Positions 57,865 to 64,000 of a stretch of DNA of 64,000 nt are shown piece after piece. The stretch is from Chloroflexota bacterium (lineage in GTDB: Bacteria; Chloroflexota; UBA11872; VXOZ01). Numbering within the stretch: the stretch's first letter is position 1; every line of letters starts with the position of its first letter. Position numbers and translations under genes: made by a program. The stretch covers positions 704,001 through 768,000 of the forward strand of contig OZ244922.1 of NCBI GenBank assembly GCA_965221905.1, written 5' to 3'. Below the pieces are notes generated by a model. That model saw nothing but the letters and a program-made list of their open reading frames with translations. It ran no database searches and had not been told where the DNA came from.

Positions 57865-58716
57865 ATGTCATCTCTTTTCGGGGGTAGTTGGACCAATGAG
57901 AAACTAGAAATTCTTAGACAATATTTGGATGCCTACACCACCGCGCTCAAGAGCCAGCCCTTCCAACTCACTTACGTTGACGCTTTCGCAGGGGAGGGTT
58001 CCTACTTGGCTAATTCGGACTATCTTTCGGCGGATTATGAAGATCTCAAGGAATTTCGTGCTGGCTCTCCGCGTATCGCCTTAGAGGTTCAGGACAAGCC
58101 CTTTGATAGGCTTGTATTCGTTGAAAAGGACCCCACTCGTTGCGCATCTCTTAAGTTACTGGAGAGAGAGTTTCCCAATTGTAATATCGGCATTCGCAAT
58201 GAAGATGCCAATAGTGCTCTGCCTGCATTCTGCGCCACTCTTGGTAACTCTGAACGCGCCGTAGTCTTCCTTGACCCTTTCGCCACGCAAGTCTCGTGGA
58301 GCACAGTGCAAGAACTGGCACGGACGAAGAAGATAGACTGCTGGATCTTGTTCCCATTGATGGCAATCGCGCGCATGATGCCTACGACGAGGAATCCGCC
58401 GGATTCGTTAGCGGCACAGCTAGACAGGGTGTTTGGTGGACGCCAGTACTGGGAGGACTTCTACGGTGAATCTCCGCAACAACAATTACCAGGGTTTTCA
58501 GATAAACCCATACAAGAGAGGCTTCAAGGCAGCGACCAAATTGCCTTACGCTACCGTGAAAGACTTGAATCAGAGTTTCTAAGAGTAGCACCAACCCCTC
58601 GAACCTTTAAGAATTCGAAGAACTCTCCGATGTTCGAATTGTTCTTTGCTGCAAGCAACCCAAGAGGAGCGAGTCTCGCAGTGCCTATTGCCGATCACAT
58701 ACTGAAACACTGGTAA
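57865..58716 (+). CDS. Three-Cys-motif partner protein (TcmP-like, SAM-methyltransferase fold)
   Basis: GGSWTNEKL..L..YL.AY, YVDAFAGEG, GSPRIAL, FLDPF; typical adjacency to DUF5131. Confidence 0.85.
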   Translation: MSSLFGGSWTNEKLEILRQYLDAYTTALKSQPFQLTYVDAFAGEGSYLANSDYLSADYEDLKEFRAGSPRIALEVQDKPFDRLVFVEKDPTRCASLKLLEREFPNCNIGIRNEDANSALPAFCATLGNSERAVVFLDPFATQVSWSTVQELARTKKIDCWILFPLMAIARMMPTTRNPPDSLAAQLDRVFGGRQYWEDFYGESPQQQLPGFSDKPIQERLQGSDQIALRYRERLESEFLRVAPTPRTFKNSKNSPMFELFFAASNPRGASLAVPIADHILKHW

Positions 58717-58750
58717 TGAGGTGATGTGCGACTACAAAGGGAGTATACAT

Positions 58751-60100
58751 ATGCCAAATGCGTCGCCTGTGTCCTCTCCTGAGTGGTACCTGCCCCGCAT
58801 AAGTGCGGTTAGTCCGACTGGTGCGGAGGTTGCGCTTGCCGTTGGTGAGGCGGTTGACCTCGGTGTTGAATTGGAGCCGTGGCAGACGGTGCCGTCGGAG
58901 CAAGAGTGGCAGCGGCGCGCGGAGCCGGTGCTATCTACCACGCTGACGACGCAGGACTGGAGCCGCGTGATGCTCTACATGCCGGGCGTCATCCGCGCCG
59001 ACGGCATATACAAGATGTGGTACGTCGGCACGTCCGGTCCGCCGCGGCCCGCCAACTGCCACTTGGGCTACGCCACCTCGCATGACGGCATACATTGGGA
59101 GGAGTTTCCCGGCAATCCCATCATCACCGATGAGGCCCTGCAAGACGCAGGCGGCTGGGGGCGGTGCTTTCAAAGCCCGTTCGTGCTCTACGACTTGGAA
59201 GAGCGACGCTATCGGATGTGGTTCTCCGCCCTCACCCACTATGAGGAGACCGCCGACGGCGAACTGGTCGAGATGACGCAGCAGGTGGGGTACGCCGAGA
59301 GTCCGGACGGCATCGCGTGGGAGATTCACCCGGAGCCGGTCACGCGCAGCGGGCGCTGTCCCTCGGTTATCAAAGAGGATGACGGCACCTTCACCATGTG
59401 GGTGAACGCCCGGCCTGAGGGCGACCCCGACCCCAGCGCGATTTACGGTCACACCATGCTGTTGCGCTCGCCCGACGGAATACACTGGGAAGAGATCGCC
59501 GACGTGCTCCAACCGGAGGGCATTTACAAGTCGTGCGTCTACCCGTTCGTGATGCGGGATGGGCCGAGTCTTGTCATATGGCACGGCGGGCACCGCGAGG
59601 CGCTGCGCGATGATGTGCGCTTCACGCGCGCCGAACTCGACGACGCCTACGGCGACTGGTTCGACCTCACGTTTGCGCGCTCGGCGGACGGCCGATACTG
59701 GACCGAGCGCATGGGGCATCCCGTCTTTCCGCCAAGTGCGGATAAGGACGCCTTCGATGCCCGCTATACCTCCACGCCTTACGTGCTCAAGCTGCCGGGC
59801 CGCTATGTGCTCTACTACTCGGCGCGCGACATGCAGGAGGGCTGGCTGCAGGCGGACGGCGCTTTGGGCCCCGGACGCGGCTTCGCTTACCGCCATATCG
59901 GTTACGCCACCCTCGACGCCACCGCTTACACCGATCCCACGCTCCGGTACGCGTGGTCTATTGACGGGGAACCGCTACCGGAAGGCGGGGATACTTTGCG
60001 CTTTCGCGCGCCGGAGGGCGGAACGCACTACGTCAAATGCCAAGTGGAAAACGCCAACGGTAACGCCGAGTATTCGTGGAAAGTCGTCGTTGGCGGCTAG
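58751..60100 (+). CDS. Five-bladed beta-propeller glycoside hydrolase-like protein (GH32/43/130 type) with Ig-like parts
   Basis: Repeated P.V.....Y.MW and GYA.S.DGI.W blade motifs. ATG 58751 follows AAGGGAG. Confidence 0.8.
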   Translation: MPNASPVSSPEWYLPRISAVSPTGAEVALAVGEAVDLGVELEPWQTVPSEQEWQRRAEPVLSTTLTTQDWSRVMLYMPGVIRADGIYKMWYVGTSGPPRPANCHLGYATSHDGIHWEEFPGNPIITDEALQDAGGWGRCFQSPFVLYDLEERRYRMWFSALTHYEETADGELVEMTQQVGYAESPDGIAWEIHPEPVTRSGRCPSVIKEDDGTFTMWVNARPEGDPDPSAIYGHTMLLRSPDGIHWEEIADVLQPEGIYKSCVYPFVMRDGPSLVIWHGGHREALRDDVRFTRAELDDAYGDWFDLTFARSADGRYWTERMGHPVFPPSADKDAFDARYTSTPYVLKLPGRYVLYYSARDMQEGWLQADGALGPGRGFAYRHIGYATLDATAYTDPTLRYAWSIDGEPLPEGGDTLRFRAPEGGTHYVKCQVENANGNAEYSWKVVVGG

Positions 60101-60485
60101 TGTGCGGTCTTGCCCCTTGTCACTCCGCAATAGTTGGCCGGTCAAATGACAGGACTCACCGTCCAGTCACCGTCGTGAGAACTAGAGAAGCCCCGTGCCG
60201 TCATTCCGGCGAAAGCCGGAATCCATCTTCTCTTCAATGCGTCCCTGGAGTCCTGGCTCTCTGCGGGTGCGACGCAAGACTTGCATTGCAGTTTCGAGTG
60301 GGTAGGGGCACGGCATGCCGTGCCCCTACGGACAGGCGACAGCCTATCCTCAGTGCATAAGAGCTTACATGCGAAGTACTTACCTTGCGCAGGTAAAAGA
60401 TGAAGAGAGACTGGAATCTCTTTGGCGCGGCCAGTAATTGTCGTCAGCAATGAGGAGGTTTTACCAACGGAAAGACCCTCGGCCC

Positions 60486-60995
60486 TCACTGGTTTCGAGT
60501 GTCCTCCAGATCGGACTGGATCTCCTGGATATCCGGGGGCCACGTACTCTTGATGTAGGAGAGTATTGCCCAAATGTCGCTGTCGCTGAGAGTCTCGGCA
60601 AAGCCGGGCATGTTGCTCATGTAGTCGCTGCCGACAACGGCGGTCGAGCCCCACTTGGTAACGTCGAACAGCAGCGCATCGGCGTGGTGCCAGGTGTGGC
60701 CGGTTACATCGTGGGGCGGGGCGGGCAACATGCCGTCGGCATCGCGTTCGCGCCAGTTTGGCTGGCCTTCCAGGTTTGCGCCGTGGCAACTAGCGCAATG
60801 TTGCTGGTACAAGACTTCCCCGCGCGCCACGAGCTTAGGGTTGGTTGCATCCGCCCGATTCGACGCGCCATCGCCCCAGACAAATAGCCAAAAGGCTGCG
60901 AGCCCGATGGCCGCCGCGATCAAAGCGACCGCGGCAACAACAATCATTGGACTTGCCCGCAGTCCACGGCTGGTAGCTGACTTTCCCTTACTCAT
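60486..60995 (-). CDS. Membrane-anchored c-type cytochrome
   Basis: N-terminal TM helix, CASCHG heme motif, PAPPHD.TGHTWHH, MPGF. Confidence 0.93.
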   Translation of the reverse strand: MSKGKSATSRGLRASPMIVVAAVALIAAAIGLAAFWLFVWGDGASNRADATNPKLVARGEVLYQQHCASCHGANLEGQPNWRERDADGMLPAPPHDVTGHTWHHADALLFDVTKWGSTAVVGSDYMSNMPGFAETLSDSDIWAILSYIKSTWPPDIQEIQSDLEDTRNQ

Positions 60996-61371
60996 TCTCA
61001 ATGCGCACCTGTGCCGGATTGATGGAAATGGATTGCGCTAATTCTCGCCTGAGCCAAAGCTCGCTCGATTGGTTGGATGCGGTATCATGCTATCTTCCTG
61101 CCACCGCGCTCATTCAAGGGTATTGTACTATGCCGGCGCAGCGCCAATACATGGGTAGGGTATTACTTGCAGCCATGACATCGAAGATGCAATGGTCTTA
61201 ACCAGGCCGATTGAAGGGCTGATCTTGCAACTTTGGCACGTGGCAGCGGACACAAGAGGACGATCTTGACAATTGAGCGGCAAGTAGCGTGGCGGCAGTG
61301 CCGCCGATGGCGTACTATACAGACAACCTGCAATATTCGGCAGTAATGGCAAACTCAGAAAGTGAGCAACG

Positions 61372-62547
61372 ATGGCGATGACGAACGGTCCGATAGGGGT
61401 AGCCGTCATTGGGTGCGGCGGTATTTCCCATCCCCATTTCGACGGGTGGCAGCGGTTGGTACGAGCCGGAGAAGCCCGTCTGGAAGTTGCCTGCGACAAC
61501 CTGCGCGAACGCGCCGAGTCCCAGGCGCAGCGGTATGGCGCCGCGGCTGCGGCCACCGACTTTGCCGAGGTAGTGCGGCGGCCGGAGGTGCAGGCCGTTG
61601 ACATCTGCTTGCCTCATCACTTGCATTTGCCCGCTATTCTGGCGGCGGCGGAGGCCGGCGTGCATATCCTCTGTGAGAAGCCGCTGGTGCTGAATATGGA
61701 TGAAGCAGTTGAAGCCATACGTGCATGCCGCGATGCCGGTGTGAAGCTCATGACCGCCGACCGCGATCGTTTCGAGCCTCCTGCCCGCGCGGTAAAGCGC
61801 ATCCTCGACGCCGGGCTCATCGGCGAAATCTATCATGTGCTGGAACGCCACCTGCTCCACAAGGATGTGCTCACCCAGGGATCCCGCGCCAACATGGGTT
61901 GGAAACTCGGCAAAGCCACGGCGGGCGGCGGCGCGTTGCACCGCGACGGCTGTTACTACATCGATACGCTGCTTTTCTGGGAAGGTAGCGGCGTGAAGCA
62001 CGTCGCGGGCGCGGAGTTCGATAGCTTTCTCTGGGAGACGGAAGAGATCGAGACCACCTCCCACGTGCTCTTTCGCTTCAATAGCGGCGCGATCGGCGTC
62101 TTTGAGATGGTGTGGTGTTTGCAGGGGCCCCAACACCGCGAGATCTTCGTGACCGGCAGCGAGGGCTACGTAAAGCTTGACGGCGGTATTGGGCATGGCT
62201 CCGATGCGACGATCACGCTCTACAGCAACAAGCTGCCGTGGCTGACGTTTGACGAGCCGCAAGTTGCCCAGGCCTTTGCCGATTGCACCTTCGAGCAACC
62301 GCACCGCAATAATCCGGAAATGGCCAATGAAAAGCTCGTGCTGAACGTACCGTATTCAGCCGGATTCCATGCGCAGGAGAAAGAGTTCCTGGCTGCTATC
62401 CGTGAAAACCGCGAACCGGAGTCCAACGGCATCGACGGCGCCCGCGCGCTGGAAGTGGTTGAGGGTGCCTACCTCGCGGCGCAAGAGCGTCGGCAGATCG
62501 AGTTTCCGCTGCGTGATTGGGAGTCGCTGCGGAGCCATCGCACGTAG
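61372..62547 (+). CDS. Gfo/Idh/MocA oxidoreductase
   Basis: VAVIGCGGIS, PHHLH, LCEKPL, GGGAL. Confidence 0.93.
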   Translation: MAMTNGPIGVAVIGCGGISHPHFDGWQRLVRAGEARLEVACDNLRERAESQAQRYGAAAAATDFAEVVRRPEVQAVDICLPHHLHLPAILAAAEAGVHILCEKPLVLNMDEAVEAIRACRDAGVKLMTADRDRFEPPARAVKRILDAGLIGEIYHVLERHLLHKDVLTQGSRANMGWKLGKATAGGGALHRDGCYYIDTLLFWEGSGVKHVAGAEFDSFLWETEEIETTSHVLFRFNSGAIGVFEMVWCLQGPQHREIFVTGSEGYVKLDGGIGHGSDATITLYSNKLPWLTFDEPQVAQAFADCTFEQPHRNNPEMANEKLVLNVPYSAGFHAQEKEFLAAIRENREPESNGIDGARALEVVEGAYLAAQERRQIEFPLRDWESLRSHRT

Positions 62548-62819
62548 CCGGTCGCTCAATGGTGGCGGGGCTGTTCACTGTCTGACGTGGATGGGAGGCA
62601 GGAAGTGGTAAGGAGCGATTCGAATGTCACCCTGAACGGAGTGAAGGGTCTAGAGTGACTGCAGTTGGATAGTGTAGCCCCCAGTCTTAGACCCTAGATT
62701 CTGCGAACCCTGTTCGACGCTGCGCTCGGAATCACCTCTAAAGCCGATTCTAAACTTACAAGACGCATTCGACGCACCGAAAACGATCAGCCACGCCAAA
62801 ACCAGGAAGGGAATAGACC

Positions 62820-63827
62820 ATGCGCTATCGTCCGTTGGGTAACACAGGTCACCAGGTGTCGGAAGTCGGGTTAGGCACGTATCCGTTGGGTGGCACGCTC
62901 ATTACGAGCGGCAGCTATTGGTCGGGTCCTGCTACCTACGGCGAGGTGTCGCTTAAGACGGCGGTGGAGACGATCCATCACGGGCTGTCGCTGGGTCTCA
63001 ACTTCATCGACACCGCGCCGGTGTACTCGGAAGCTGAAGTTTACATTGCCGAGGCGCTGCGCCGGCGTCCGTCGCACCTGCGGGACATTGAAGTCTTTGT
63101 CGAGACCAAGGGCGGCGAGCATGTTCTGCCAGCCGCTGACGGCGGGCCGCCGGTGTTGGCGCGGGACTTTTCCCGCGCTGCTTTGCGCGCCAGTGTGCAG
63201 CGCAGCAAGGAGCGCCTGCAGACCGACCTTATCGAGGGTGTGTTGCTGCATAGTCCGGTCGCAGACGAAGTGGCGGAAGACCCGCTGGGTCTGCTGGTCG
63301 AGCTCCGTGCAGAAAGACACATCGGGCACATTGGCGTCTCCGCCAGCGACGTGACGGAAGCCATCCGGCTCATCGAGGAAGACGGCCGCGCGGAGATCAT
63401 ACAAATTGGGTTCAGTCTGCTCGAACCTGAACCGACCGAGCGGCTCTTGCCACTGGCGGAAGAGCGCGGCATCGGCATCGTGATCCGCTCGCCGCTCGCC
63501 TCCGGATTCCTCTCGGGCGCGCTCACGGCAGACCATGAGTTCGGGCCGGACGATCACCGCAGCCTCATACCGCGGGAACGGCTCGCCGCGCGTCTCCGAG
63601 AGGCGGAATCCTTCATGTGGCTGGTTGATGAAGGCGTTGCGCAAAGCCTGAGCGAAGCCGCCTTGCGTTACATCCTCAGCTTTTCCGGGGTAACATCGGT
63701 GATTCCCGGCGCCATGAATCCCGCCGAGCTTGAGCAGAACGTGGCGATTTCCGATCTTGGCCCCCTGCCGGAGGCGGCGCTGGCGCGCGTCGCAGAGACG
63801 CAGCGGGAGTTGGGATTGCTGAGTTAA
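62820..63827 (+). CDS. Aldo/keto reductase
   Basis: MRYRPLGNTG..VSEVGLG, NFIDTAPVY, ETKGG, RSPLASGFL, VIPGA. Confidence 0.93.
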   Translation: MRYRPLGNTGHQVSEVGLGTYPLGGTLITSGSYWSGPATYGEVSLKTAVETIHHGLSLGLNFIDTAPVYSEAEVYIAEALRRRPSHLRDIEVFVETKGGEHVLPAADGGPPVLARDFSRAALRASVQRSKERLQTDLIEGVLLHSPVADEVAEDPLGLLVELRAERHIGHIGVSASDVTEAIRLIEEDGRAEIIQIGFSLLEPEPTERLLPLAEERGIGIVIRSPLASGFLSGALTADHEFGPDDHRSLIPRERLAARLREAESFMWLVDEGVAQSLSEAALRYILSFSGVTSVIPGAMNPAELEQNVAISDLGPLPEAALARVAETQRELGLLS

Positions 63828-64000
63828 GTAAGCTCAAAGTCCTTGTTTAAGGCTGGCGTGTCTGAGACGGTTGCATTGCGAGTAGTGCGGAGTAGTGCGA
63901 GGAATGAGCAATTCGTCCATGACCGTGTCTGCCTAGTGCGCGAAGAGTGGGGGACAAGCCCCCGCGCTACAGAAGAGCGCATGGCCGTCTAATGAGCCGT

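Overview
High-GC bacterial chromosome window. The gene repertoire (Tat-lipoprotein solute-binding protein, YfhO, MurJ, PlsX, two-gene NAD synthetase, many orphan sugar oxidoreductases and aminotransferases) suggests a Chloroflexota-like organism; this is inference only. Housekeeping genes (thiI, dxr-rseP, fhs, nadE, rsmI, rpsT, holA, plsX, modAB, murJ, guaB) are mixed with carbohydrate-catabolic genes, including a tandem GNAT-GH38 duplication. Three compact, visibly AT-richer two-gene cassettes look like candidate defence/conflict modules: (1) a DUF4365 nuclease plus an uncharacterised partner; (2) an HD-domain dNTPase-like gene plus a YwgA/Panacea-like partner, with the HD gene split after codon 17 by an IS5 element with a TTAG target duplication; (3) a DUF5131/Gp37-Gp68 radical-SAM-like gene plus a TcmP methyltransferase-like gene. 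Also present: a putatively leaderless PadR operon driving two duplicated soluble HAAS-like/TPR proteins, a beta-propeller hydrolase apparently inserted inside an Ig/PKD-like domain, an 18-bp-period palindromic array, and many REP-like repeats from several families, some nested in each other or overlapping coding sequence. No rRNA, tRNA or CRISPR array was found. All calls are from motif reading by eye; no database searches were run.
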